This document shows positions 1 through 8,942 of a stretch of DNA of 64,000 nt, piece by piece. Position 1 is the stretch's first letter. Each line of letters begins with the position of its first letter. The position numbers and the translations under genes are program-made. The DNA comes from a virus. The stretch lies in IMG/VR virus record IMGVR_UViG_3300044807_000022, positions 21,064 to 85,063 of that record. The stretch is one strand, 5' to 3'. The notes beneath the pieces are model-generated. The model did no database searches. It was not told where the DNA came from and saw only the letters and a program-made list of their open reading frames with translations.

Positions 1-869
1 GCTCCACGTGCGGCATGACGTACCAGAAGCTCCCGCGCGGCGCAGAGCGCGCGAACTGGTGCTCGCACCTGCTGGAGTCGAACCCCAGCGGTGGCTACAC
101 GGCACGGGCGGGGGAAAGTCCAACTGCCGTTCGTATATTACGCCAAGTCTGCTTCACCGGGACCGGACTCATCTACGGAACTCGGGGGGCCAGAGGCGCA
201 GACCCACACGCGAACCTCGAAGCCTTCCAAGAAGAAGTAGCGGAGTACCACGAACGGTCTCACCGCACTGATACGCGAAAGCCCCGGAGGACTCGAACCA
301 GCATGGACCCCATCGAAGTCGCCAAGTCGGAGTACGAGGCCCTGCTGAAGCGGCCCGAGCAGAAGACGCTCGACGCTGCCATCGAGCGGGCGGAAGCCGC
401 CGAGGCGAAGGTCGCCACGCTGGAGGAGGAGAAGGCCGCCGCCGAGAAGGCGAAGGCCGACGCCGAGGAGGCCAAGGAGGCAGCCGAGAAGAAGGTCTCG
501 GACGCCGAGGAGAAGGCCGCCGCCGCCGACCTCAAGACCAAGCGTCTCGACGCGCTGGGCGAGGGCTTCAAGGCCAAGCTCGGCGCGAAGACCAAGGAGC
601 GCCTGACCGAGCAGGCCGGGACCATGAAGGACCCGGAGTGGGAGGCGCGCCTGGAGGAGCTTGCCGAGGCGTACGGCGTCAAGCCGGACGAGGCCAAGGC
701 CAGCACCGAGGCGGACGGCGACGAGACCGTCTTCACGCGCGACGAGGTTGCGCGGAGCAAGACGGCCGGTGCCTCCGAGGAGGAGCACGCCTCCGCGCAG
801 CCGTCCGAGGCCGCGCAGAAGAACGTCGTCGGCGGGCTGTTCTCGATGGCCCGCGCGGGGAAGCTCTAG
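1..869 (+). CDS. C-terminal part of prohead protease/scaffold protein (5' truncated by window); probable internal scaffold start at 302
   Basis: Frame is open from the window edge; N-part has C/H motif and VCFTGTGLI...GADP; C-part is an Ala/Glu/Lys coiled coil; lies directly upstream of the capsid genes. Confidence 0.6.
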   Translation, partial: STCGMTYQKLPRGAERANWCSHLLESNPSGGYTARAGESPTAVRILRQVCFTGTGLIYGTRGARGADPHANLEAFQEEVAEYHERSHRTDTRKPRRTRTSMDPIEVAKSEYEALLKRPEQKTLDAAIERAEAAEAKVATLEEEKAAAEKAKADAEEAKEAAEKKVSDAEEKAAAADLKTKRLDALGEGFKAKLGAKTKERLTEQAGTMKDPEWEARLEELAEAYGVKPDEAKASTEADGDETVFTRDEVARSKTAGASEEEHASAQPSEAAQKNVVGGLFSMARAGKL

Positions 870-945
870 GGCAACCCCGCACCTGAACCACCTGATCTGA
901 CCACCACCACCTGAACCGAACGAGACCCGAGGAGCAAGAACCAAG

Positions 946-1545
946 ATGGACTACGGCATCTTCCCGCTGAAGGACGCATCTGCGCTCCCCAACGTCTCGG
1001 TGGCGCATCCCGGCGAGGTCTGGACCCGAGGCGTGGCCTCGGGCGCGATCCGACCGGGCCAGGCCGTCGTTCCGGTCAACCGGACCGTCAACGGCCGCGA
1101 CACGCTCTGCTACAAGGCGGTCGGCGGCTCGGCCGACGTGTCGAGCGCGGCAGTCGCGCCGTCGCAGGTCGCCATCGCCATGCGCAAGATCGAGGTCCCG
1201 GACCAGAACAGCGGCTCGCAGTACAACGAGGCGCTGGGTCCGAACCAGATCGTCAACCTCCCGATCAGCGACGGCGACTACGTGCGCACGTACTTCTCGG
1301 GGGCGTTCCACCTGACCCAGATCGTCGCGGCCGACTACAAGCCCGGCGACCGGATCGGCTACGACCCGGCGGCCACGCCGCAGACGGGCAAGGTCGGGCC
1401 GGGCGCGTGGCGCAAGTCGGCGGACGCCGGGGCGGTCCTGAAGGACCACTTCGAGGTCATCGAGTTCCGGCGCTTCGAGCCCGCCGGGGGTGTCGCCAAC
1501 GAGGGCATCCTGACCGTCCGCAAGCTCGGGGCCGCGCAGTTCTAG
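946..1545 (+). CDS. Capsid decoration/stabilising protein (putative)
   Basis: 199 aa between scaffold and major capsid; strong GAGGAG RBS. Confidence 0.5.
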   Translation: MDYGIFPLKDASALPNVSVAHPGEVWTRGVASGAIRPGQAVVPVNRTVNGRDTLCYKAVGGSADVSSAAVAPSQVAIAMRKIEVPDQNSGSQYNEALGPNQIVNLPISDGDYVRTYFSGAFHLTQIVAADYKPGDRIGYDPAATPQTGKVGPGAWRKSADAGAVLKDHFEVIEFRRFEPAGGVANEGILTVRKLGAAQF

Positions 1546-1636
1546 GCCCCTGACCTGACCTGACGCGCGAGCAAACGCACCTACCCACCTTCCACACCGA
1601 AACCCTGACGAGAAACACGAGGAGCCCAGAGACCAG

Positions 1637-2584
1637 ATGGACAACGTGATCTTCAACACGCTCAAGGCCGTCCGGTCCGAGGAGAACGCGGAGCGGCGCG
1701 CCGAACTGATGGAGCGCTCGAACGCGGAGCTTGCTCAGCACTTCTCGCGCCCGCAGAACCAGGCCGACCTTCAGGAGTTGGCGTTCGACCTCCTGAACAA
1801 CGCCTGGAACGACACGACCCGGCAGGACATTCTGCCGGACCTCATCGACGTGAAGACGGTCGGCTTCGGCTCCGTCGATTACGTCAACGAGAACCTGTAC
1901 GGCATGCGGGCCTACTGGCAGGGTCCCGGCGGCCAGATTCTCTCGGACGTGCTGCGCTACTCGCGCACCACGATGCCGCGAGACGGGATGGTCGCCGCCA
2001 TCGACCTGCACGACGACGAAATCGCCACGGACTTCTGGGGCACGTTCCAGAAGCTCTCGGCGCACGCGTCGGAGAAGCTGGCCCTCCTCCCGGCCGAGCG
2101 CCTGGTGGAACTGATCCAGCGGGCCGTCACGTCGGGTGCCTACTTCGGCTCCTTCGCCGCGAGCACGCTCACGGCGGCCGAGGTCGATTCGGTCCTCGAC
2201 AACGTGGCCCTCAAGTCGGCGGGCAAGGTGTCCATCGTCGGGACCCGGTACGCGATCCGCAAGCTCGCGAACATCGGCCTGGCGTTCGGCCCCAACGTCC
2301 AGGAGCGGGTCTTCGACTCGGGCCAGATCGGCGTCTACAAGGGCTACCCGGTGGTCCAGTTGGACAACGAGCAGGAGAACTTCGAGGGGCAGTTCGCGCT
2401 GCCCAACGACGAACTCTGGCTCGTCGGCCGCAACGCCGGTCGTCTGACCTACTACGGCAACGAGGCCAAGGTCCAGACGCTCCAGCGCTCGGGCTTCTAC
2501 AAGCGCTGGGAGACGGAGCGCGCCGCAGGCATGCTCCTCTACGGCGCGGACTTCGGGCGGCTCGGCCGCATCAAGCTCACCTAA
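1637..2584 (+). CDS. Major capsid protein
   Basis: 315 aa, strongly biased codons, GAGGAG RBS, followed by terminator hairpin; canonical position. Confidence 0.75.
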   Translation: MDNVIFNTLKAVRSEENAERRAELMERSNAELAQHFSRPQNQADLQELAFDLLNNAWNDTTRQDILPDLIDVKTVGFGSVDYVNENLYGMRAYWQGPGGQILSDVLRYSRTTMPRDGMVAAIDLHDDEIATDFWGTFQKLSAHASEKLALLPAERLVELIQRAVTSGAYFGSFAASTLTAAEVDSVLDNVALKSAGKVSIVGTRYAIRKLANIGLAFGPNVQERVFDSGQIGVYKGYPVVQLDNEQENFEGQFALPNDELWLVGRNAGRLTYYGNEAKVQTLQRSGFYKRWETERAAGMLLYGADFGRLGRIKLT

Positions 2585-2618
2585 GCGCCTTCAAGGGACG
2601 CACCGGGGGTAGGGAATC

Positions 2619-2654
2619 GACGGGGCGGTTGGTCAGACGACCGGCCGCCCCGTT
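2619..2654 (+). terminator. Stem-loop after major capsid gene
   Basis: CGGGGCGGTTGGTC-AGAC-GACCGGCCGCCCCG inverted repeat. Confidence 0.6.
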
Positions 2655-2693
2655 AGCGTTCAGCAGTAGAGCAGTCAACAAGCGAACCGGAGG

Positions 2694-3521
2694 ATGGACA
2701 TGCCGCAGGACAAGACGCTCTGGAAGAACAACACCGCAAGCGTGGACCCCGAGCAGAAGGGGTTCATCATCGGGGTCTCGGTCTACGACCAGGAGCACAA
2801 GCAGACCCGCCAGCCGCTCATGCCCGGTGAGACCGTCTGGCTCACCGAGGACGAGCGCATCCTTACGGCGAACGCGCCGCGACTGGAGCAGGACAACCCG
2901 TTCACGAACGGCCACCTTCTCCAGGTCAACGAGGAGCAGCGGCCCATCGGCCGGTCCATCGGCGGCTCCACCACCACGACCGGCGAGACCGTCGCCCCCG
3001 TGGAGGACGTGGAGGCCACCGCCGCTGCCAAGGCCGAGGCGGACGCGCCCCCTGCCGATCCGGCCCCCGAGCCCGAGGCACCGGCCGCTCCCGAGGACCA
3101 CACGGTCGCGCCCCCGTCCGGCCCGCCGGTCGGCACGATCACCGAACTGCCGCCAGAGCTTCGCCTGGGCGGCGACAACGACACCGAGGCGGGCGAGCCC
3201 CCGGAGGTCTCAGGCCCCGTGAGCGTCGTCGGGGACGGAGAGGTCCGCGAGGTCGCAGAGGAGGAGCACGCGGCCGTAGGAGCCGCCACGGTGGCCGAGG
3301 AGACCGGCGCAGCCGTCCCGCCCGCCGGGGAGCCGCCCATCGGGGAGTACGCGCAGGACGAGGAGGTCGCGACCCCCGAGGCCGCAGCCGCCACGTCCGC
3401 CGAGGGGCCGCCGCCCGCGTCCCCGGACCCCATCGACCAGGAGCAGGGCCTTCACGCCCTGACCCCCGAGCCCGAGCCGACGCCCGAGAACGGGCCGGGC
3501 GGGCGCTTCCGGGTGAAGTAG
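2694..3521 (+). CDS. Hypothetical protein with acidic Pro/Ala/Glu low-complexity tail
   Basis: GGAGG RBS; folded-looking N-terminal ~85 aa then disordered region. Confidence 0.6.
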   Translation: MDMPQDKTLWKNNTASVDPEQKGFIIGVSVYDQEHKQTRQPLMPGETVWLTEDERILTANAPRLEQDNPFTNGHLLQVNEEQRPIGRSIGGSTTTTGETVAPVEDVEATAAAKAEADAPPADPAPEPEAPAAPEDHTVAPPSGPPVGTITELPPELRLGGDNDTEAGEPPEVSGPVSVVGDGEVREVAEEEHAAVGAATVAEETGAAVPPAGEPPIGEYAQDEEVATPEAAAATSAEGPPPASPDPIDQEQGLHALTPEPEPTPENGPGGRFRVK

Positions 3522-3525
3522 AGCT

Positions 3526-4176
3526 ATGGCGGTGACGGACCCTCGGGACGTACGGGTGATGATCCCGAGGGTCCGTCGTGCCCTCGACGGGCCGCAGGCG
3601 CTCACCAGCGGCTTCGTAGGGGGCCTCTCGGACGAGCAGGTCAAGAACTACATCGCGGATGCCGTCGCGAGCGTCATCTTCTACACGGGCGGCGTGTTCG
3701 GCGCGGCCCTCGAAGTGACCGAGCGCGACCCCGACTACAACGCCCCCTCGGAGTACCGCACCAGCCGCGAGTTGACGCTGCCCGAGCAAACCGTGATTGC
3801 CGTCCAGGCTTCGCTCGACCACTTCCATCACGAATTCAAGGGCGCGAAGGTCTCGGAGGCGATCCAGAACGAGTTCCAGTCGTGGGAGTGGTCGGTCAAC
3901 GGGCCGATGCTGCGCGACCAACTGAAGGCGCTCCTCGCACAGCGCGACGAGGCGCTGGACATGATCCGCCGCACGGGCAACGTCGGCGTGGACACCTACG
4001 CCTCGTTCCTGGCCGCGCAGGACGTGCAGGTCGCCATCGCCGTCGAGCCGTACACGATCTACGACACGGGCGGCTACATGCCCACGCGCGGCGGCGACTA
4101 CAGCGGCGGCGGCGTCAGCGGGCATACCGGCTTCGTCAGCGGTGACGGGCTCGGCGGCCTCGGGCTGTTCGGGTAG
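3526..4176 (+). CDS. Head-tail adaptor (putative)
   Basis: Synteny after capsid; 216 aa helical protein. Confidence 0.45.
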   Translation: MAVTDPRDVRVMIPRVRRALDGPQALTSGFVGGLSDEQVKNYIADAVASVIFYTGGVFGAALEVTERDPDYNAPSEYRTSRELTLPEQTVIAVQASLDHFHHEFKGAKVSEAIQNEFQSWEWSVNGPMLRDQLKALLAQRDEALDMIRRTGNVGVDTYASFLAAQDVQVAIAVEPYTIYDTGGYMPTRGGDYSGGGVSGHTGFVSGDGLGGLGLFG

Positions 4177-4181
4177 GGGCC

Positions 4182-4592
4182 ATGGACAACGCCGCCTTCG
4201 CGGACGCCCAGAAGCGCCTCACCGACTACGTGGGGGAGCAGGTCGTGCTGATGTTCCCGACCGAGACGGTGTGGCCGCCCGGCACGAAGCTCGACCCCGA
4301 GTCCGGCCAGCCGCTCGATCCCTGGGTCGAGCCGGTCTCGTCCGGCTTCACCGAGTGGACGGGCTCCGCGTCGGTGGGAAGGCGTCTCGCGAACTCCCGA
4401 CTGCAATCAGGAGTTGAGTTCGAGCCCATCGGCGTCCAGGAGGGCGGGCCGATGCAGGTCCTCATCCCCATGGACTACTACCCGATTTCGTCCGGCGAGG
4501 CGAAGTACGCGCGGGTGCGCGGTCGCGAGTGGAAGGTGGAGGACACCGAACTCGACGTGTTCCGCTACGTGCTGCAACTGGAGCCCCGATGA
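4182..4592 (+). CDS. Head closure/stopper protein (putative)
   Basis: Synteny; beta-rich C-terminus (VRGREWKVE...YVLQLE). Confidence 0.45.
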   Translation: MDNAAFADAQKRLTDYVGEQVVLMFPTETVWPPGTKLDPESGQPLDPWVEPVSSGFTEWTGSASVGRRLANSRLQSGVEFEPIGVQEGGPMQVLIPMDYYPISSGEAKYARVRGREWKVEDTELDVFRYVLQLEPR

Positions 4593-4647
4593 GCCGCTGG
4601 CGTCGGCGCTGGCGTAGGCGTCTGCCGCGACTGGTACTGGTGTAGCC

Positions 4648-5142
4648 GTGCCGAACATCAGCCGACAGCAGATCATCGTGCAGTCCGTCCAGGACTACCT
4701 GCGGGCGAAGCTCGCCGCGCACGGCATCCCCGCCGACGCGGTGACGATGCTGAACGCGTTCGACTACCAGCAGTTCAACGACCGGCCGCTCGACAAGGAG
4801 TACGTCGCGGCGGGCTTCAACTTCGACAAGGGCACGAAGCCGCTGGAGCTTGGCTCCTCCCTCTGCCAGCGGACGCACGTGCTGGAGTTCTGGGTCTTCG
4901 CGACGACGCCGCAGCGTGGCGAGGCGCTGGCAGGCACGATCCGCGACTCGCTGGACGACGAGGGCCTGATCCCCCTGCTCGACTACAACCAGGACGGCGA
5001 CCCGATCATGGACTACCTGGAGGTCGAGAACCCCGGCCCACGGTCGCAGCGGCAGATTCACCCCGAGCCCAAGCCGTGGCAGGAGAACGCGTGGACCGTG
5101 ACCCTGCCCGTGATCGACACCTTCTACGCGAGCGATGAGTAG
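4648..5142 (+). CDS. Tail terminator protein (putative)
   Basis: Synteny, size 164 aa. Confidence 0.45.
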   Translation: MPNISRQQIIVQSVQDYLRAKLAAHGIPADAVTMLNAFDYQQFNDRPLDKEYVAAGFNFDKGTKPLELGSSLCQRTHVLEFWVFATTPQRGEALAGTIRDSLDDEGLIPLLDYNQDGDPIMDYLEVENPGPRSQRQIHPEPKPWQENAWTVTLPVIDTFYASDE

Positions 5143-5230
5143 CCGGGGATGGTTCTGGCGGACGCCTCCTGGCCGCGCGCTCGCGTGGTTCTTCCGCCGC
5201 ATCGGCTGGACCGGCGACAACCTGGGGTAG
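5135..5230 (+). CDS. Small Trp/Arg-rich peptide (31 aa)
   Basis: MSSRGWFWRTPPGRALAWFFRRIGWTGDNLG fills the gap and overlaps the upstream stop. Confidence 0.35.
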   Translation: MSSRGWFWRTPPGRALAWFFRRIGWTGDNLG

Positions 5231-5236
5231 CCCCCC

Positions 5237-5974
5237 GTGGCTGACTACTTTCAGCGCATCCTCCCGGACCTTGCTCAGGTCGAGCGGGTCTACAAGCTGT
5301 TCGTGGAAGTCGAGGCGGAACTCGTAACGGCCGTTAGGGTTTCGCCGGACCCCGCAGTGCGCCGCACCGCGCAGAATCAGGCCCGGCTGGTGCGCCGCGC
5401 CTACCAGCAGTTCCAGGAGGACCTGATCGCGCTCGCGCAGCGGTGCGCCGAGGTCGCCAACGAGGAGGTCATGCGCCTCTACCAGGACGCCCGCACCCCG
5501 CGCGGCGACACCGGCAACCCTCCCCACCTGTCCGAGGCCCTGCCCACGTCCGAGGCGGTGCCGACGCCGGTACCGGCGGGCGTCGTCGGCATCACGCGGC
5601 TGGACGCACTGGAGAAGTTCGAGTATTGGAAGGCGCAGGAGTTCGGCCTGGATGAGGGCTTCGTCGGCCGCGAGGTCAAGGGCTGGTTCTTTGGCACGGG
5701 CTTCAGCGGCCCGATCAGCGCGCCGGACCCCGGCCAGAGCCAGAACCACCCGCTGTTCAGGCCCTCCAGCACCGGCCGCACGATGCACATTCAGAACCCC
5801 ATCGAGCCCGGCCACTTCCTGACCGACACGGTGCGCACGGTCGAAGCGCTGTGGCTCAAGCTGATGAACGAGTCGGTGCGCGACGTGGTGCGTGACCTCG
5901 ACGCCGCGCTGGGCCAAGCCAGGCCCTCTGGCTACCGCGAGGGAGTGCTCCGTCGCGGTGCCCGTCGCCGTTAG
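5237..5974 (+). CDS. Neck/tail-completion protein (HK97 gp10-like, putative)
   Basis: YWKAQEFG and C-terminal P.HFL motifs; position. Confidence 0.45.
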   Translation: MADYFQRILPDLAQVERVYKLFVEVEAELVTAVRVSPDPAVRRTAQNQARLVRRAYQQFQEDLIALAQRCAEVANEEVMRLYQDARTPRGDTGNPPHLSEALPTSEAVPTPVPAGVVGITRLDALEKFEYWKAQEFGLDEGFVGREVKGWFFGTGFSGPISAPDPGQSQNHPLFRPSSTGRTMHIQNPIEPGHFLTDTVRTVEALWLKLMNESVRDVVRDLDAALGQARPSGYREGVLRRGARRR

Positions 5975-6029
5975 AAGTTCTGACGCCCGTTCGTATATTA
6001 CGTCTGAATAGGGCTGTCTGGACTGGCGT

Positions 6030-6341
6030 ATGCGGCAACTACTGGAACTGGTCACTCGGTACATACAGGGTCGGAGACGACGCTACCTCGCGCAGATGCT
6101 CGGAGAGTTCGAGCGGAGCGTGGAGCCTCATCTGAACCTGGATGACCCGCAGGTGGTCGGTGGCGTGAACGAGTTCAAGGCGCTTGTACGCATGCGACTG
6201 AACGCTCTCGCGGTGGACGCCGTGGACGCGCTGAAGGCCACGCTGGAAGGCAAGAGCATCAACCAGGCCGGACAAGACCTACGCGACAGGCTGCACCCCG
6301 AGGGTCGGCCCCAACCCACCAGGAGACCAGACACCGCATGA
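6030..6341 (+). CDS. Hypothetical protein
   Basis: 103 aa ORF coupled to the tail tube gene. Confidence 0.55.
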   Translation: MRQLLELVTRYIQGRRRRYLAQMLGEFERSVEPHLNLDDPQVVGGVNEFKALVRMRLNALAVDAVDALKATLEGKSINQAGQDLRDRLHPEGRPQPTRRPDTA

Positions 6342-7585
6342 GCGTTCGAGCCGGGGAAATCCTTCATGTAGCGGGCAACAACGTGATCGACCGCATCCAG
6401 TCGGCCGGTCTCGGCAACGTTCAGGTGCCCATCGAGCGCATCCTGGAGGTCGGCAACCGGGAGACCGTGGACAAGGTTCCGGGCGAGCCGGACTTCACGT
6501 TCTCGCTGGAGTCGCTGGACGTGTCCGTCGAGCTTCTGGCGTTCCTCTCGGGGCGCGTCTCGGCGGCGGCCTCGGGCTCGGCGTCGGTCGCGGAGACCGT
6601 CGCGGACGGGACCGAGTTCGACTGGCTCGACGTGGCCGGTCGCGCCATCAACATCGCTTCGCCGTGGAAGGACCCGAGCACGGGTTCAGCGGGCGTCGTG
6701 GAGGCGGGGCACCTGATCCCCGGCTACTACGTCACCCGCATGGCCTACCGCTACGGCGTGACGGACAACGCCACCCAGAGCGTGGACCTGTCCGGCGGCG
6801 CGTTCTTCTACGGCGAGTTCGCGCCGACCGAGGCGTTCTTCACGGGCGACGGCGCGACCGACGACTTCGTGACCCCGAACAACGCGGTCGGCTACCGCAA
6901 GGGTGGCGCGGACGGCACGACCTTCAAGTCGGTGTTCGGCGTCATCGTGGACGGCACGCTCCAGACCGAGGACGTGGACTACACGGTCACCCCGACGACC
7001 GTGGGCGCGGGCGCGCGCACGGTGACGTTCACGAACCCGCCCGCCAACGGCGCGGACGTGCGGCTCTGCTACTTCACGAACGCGGCCAAGGCGTTCCCGC
7101 AGACGGTCCACGCCTCGACGCTCGTCAAGCCCGGCGCGGTGCGCGGGCGCAACATCAAGATTCTCGTCAACGGCGACCGGATCGGCGGCGTGCAGAGCTT
7201 CGAGCTTGACGCCACCTGCACCGGCACGCTGGAGCGGGAAATGGGCACCGAGGACGTGGTGGGCTACACGCTCACCGAGACCAACGCGAACGGCACCATC
7301 ACGATCCGCGCCAAGGACAAGGACGCGTTCTTCACGTTCCTGTCCGAGGTCACGGGCGTCTCGCGCGCGGAGGTCTTCGGCTGGTTCAACCAGAACTCGG
7401 TCGAACTGGAGGTCTTGGTCGAGAACCCCAAGAACCCCGGCCAAATCCTCAAGACCCTGTACGTCAACGACGCGCAGTTCCAGCCGCCCGGCACCCCGGC
7501 GCGCGTCAACCAGGCGACCGACTTCGCCATCACGTGGGAGTCGAAGCGCGGCAGCTTCAAGGAGTACAAGGGAGAGCGGCCCTAG
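6338..7585 (+). CDS. Major tail tube protein with inserted beta-sandwich domain
   Basis: 415 aa Thr/Gly-rich, upstream of chaperone and tape measure; internal FTGDGATDDF...VTFTNPPANGADV module; followed by hairpins. Confidence 0.7.
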   Translation: MSVRAGEILHVAGNNVIDRIQSAGLGNVQVPIERILEVGNRETVDKVPGEPDFTFSLESLDVSVELLAFLSGRVSAAASGSASVAETVADGTEFDWLDVAGRAINIASPWKDPSTGSAGVVEAGHLIPGYYVTRMAYRYGVTDNATQSVDLSGGAFFYGEFAPTEAFFTGDGATDDFVTPNNAVGYRKGGADGTTFKSVFGVIVDGTLQTEDVDYTVTPTTVGAGARTVTFTNPPANGADVRLCYFTNAAKAFPQTVHASTLVKPGAVRGRNIKILVNGDRIGGVQSFELDATCTGTLEREMGTEDVVGYTLTETNANGTITIRAKDKDAFFTFLSEVTGVSRAEVFGWFNQNSVELEVLVENPKNPGQILKTLYVNDAQFQPPGTPARVNQATDFAITWESKRGSFKEYKGERP

Positions 7586-7605
7586 CGCCCTCGCGCCCTG
7601 ACATA

Positions 7606-7704
7606 GGCCCCGGCCACTGAGCCGGGGCCGCACGACGGCATCGTGGCCCCCATGGGGGTAGGAGCAGTAAACCGGCAAGCGCGGCCCCTTCCGGGGCCGT
7701 TTGC
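7606..7704 (+). terminator. Hairpins after tail tube gene
   Basis: GGCCCCGGC-CACTGA-GCCGGGGCC and CGGCCCC-TTCC-GGGGCCG followed by TTT. Confidence 0.5.
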
Positions 7705-7722
7705 ACATCGAGAAGGAGACCA

Positions 7723-8625
7723 GTGATGGAGCCCCAAGACCAGGTAGACGAAACCGTGACGACCGTCGAGACTTCAGAGGGGCAGGAGGGCGCGCAGGAG
7801 GGGAACGTTTCCCAGCCGCCGATCTTCGCGTACTCCCGCTACCTCGATCTGCCCGAGGAGTGCGAGGCCGAGCAGGCGAAGCGCGGCTCCTGCAAGGACC
7901 CCGAGCACTTCCACGCCTGGCTGCGGCTGCCCAACAAGTTCGAGCACAAGGAGATTCGCGACGAGGCGCTGGCCGCCAAGGCGCGCAAGGCCCGCGCGCT
8001 GCGCATGGAGGGCTCGAACGCGTACGAGGTCCTGGAGGAGGAAATGGACCGCCTCCTGTCCGAGGCCGACACCGAGGACATAATCGTGGAGCTTCTGTCG
8101 CTCGACCACGCGGAGGACGTGGAGAAGGCGAAGCGCGAGGTCATGTCCATCGAGGCCGACCCGCTCGCGAAGGACGACCCGAGCGACGAGGACGAGGAGC
8201 CGGTCCTTCTCTACGAGCACATCGACCGTGACCAGGCGCGGCTGGACGAGCTTCAGGACATGCCCGAGAGCGAGCGGCCCGAGGACGAGTACGTGGAGCT
8301 ACTGAACCACGTCCACGGCTACTACACCGCGCTCGACAAGGAGCTTCAGGCCATCCAGGAGCCCGCTCGGGAGGCGTTCAGGGCCAAGGAGAAGTCCGAA
8401 CTGGTGAACATCATCAGGCAGGCGCGCATCCGCGCGGAGGGCACGCAGGAGTTCCTGCACGTCTACAACGCCCACCAGTGGGTCGCGGGCACGCTCAAGT
8501 CCGACAAGTCCGGACGGAAGTTCGGTGATCTGGAGCACCTGAAGTCGGCGGCCCCCGAGGTCGTCACCGCGATCCAGATGGCCTTCTACCTGATGGAGAA
8601 CGACGACCAGGCGGGAAAAGCGTAG
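7723..8625 (+). CDS. Tail assembly chaperone (gpG equivalent)
   Basis: Between tail tube and tape measure; ends at slippery G GGA AAA. Confidence 0.75.
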   Translation: MMEPQDQVDETVTTVETSEGQEGAQEGNVSQPPIFAYSRYLDLPEECEAEQAKRGSCKDPEHFHAWLRLPNKFEHKEIRDEALAAKARKARALRMEGSNAYEVLEEEMDRLLSEADTEDIIVELLSLDHAEDVEKAKREVMSIEADPLAKDDPSDEDEEPVLLYEHIDRDQARLDELQDMPESERPEDEYVELLNHVHGYYTALDKELQAIQEPAREAFRAKEKSELVNIIRQARIRAEGTQEFLHVYNAHQWVAGTLKSDKSGRKFGDLEHLKSAAPEVVTAIQMAFYLMENDDQAGKA

Positions 8626-8942
8626 CGGGTGAAGCGTGGATCAACACCGTCCGCTTCGCTCGTGACTTTGGCACGGTACGCGAACTCCTGCCCGATGGCA
8701 TCGACCGGCTCGTTGACGCGCCGTGGAAGCTGCACGACGCCATCTACAGGGCCATCGCGATCCTCGGCTTCGAGGAGCTTCCCAAGGACGAGCAGCCGCC
8801 CGAGGCGATCTGGCTGGACAACCGCGCGCTGCGCGAGTGGTTCAAGGCCGTCGAGGAGAAGCGCAAGACCGACGCGGACCCGGACCGCCAGATCGAGGAC
8901 CCCGTGAAGAACGACGCAGCGAGTGCCCTGATTAGAGGCTAG
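8613..8942 (+). CDS. -1 frameshift extension of tail chaperone (gpGT equivalent)
   Basis: GGGAAAA at 8613-8619; -1 frame reads SVAGEAWINTVRFARDFG...SALIRG* to TAG 8940-8942, overlapping the tape measure GTG. Confidence 0.8.
   Translation, partial: GKSVAGEAWINTVRFARDFGTVRELLPDGIDRLVDAPWKLHDAIYRAIAILGFEELPKDEQPPEAIWLDNRALREWFKAVEEKRKTDADPDRQIEDPVKNDAASALIRG

Noticed and set aside
870-1640. Similar C/A-rich leaders with CCTGA repeats before 946 and 1637
   Set aside because: Most simply unstructured leaders of highly translated capsid genes
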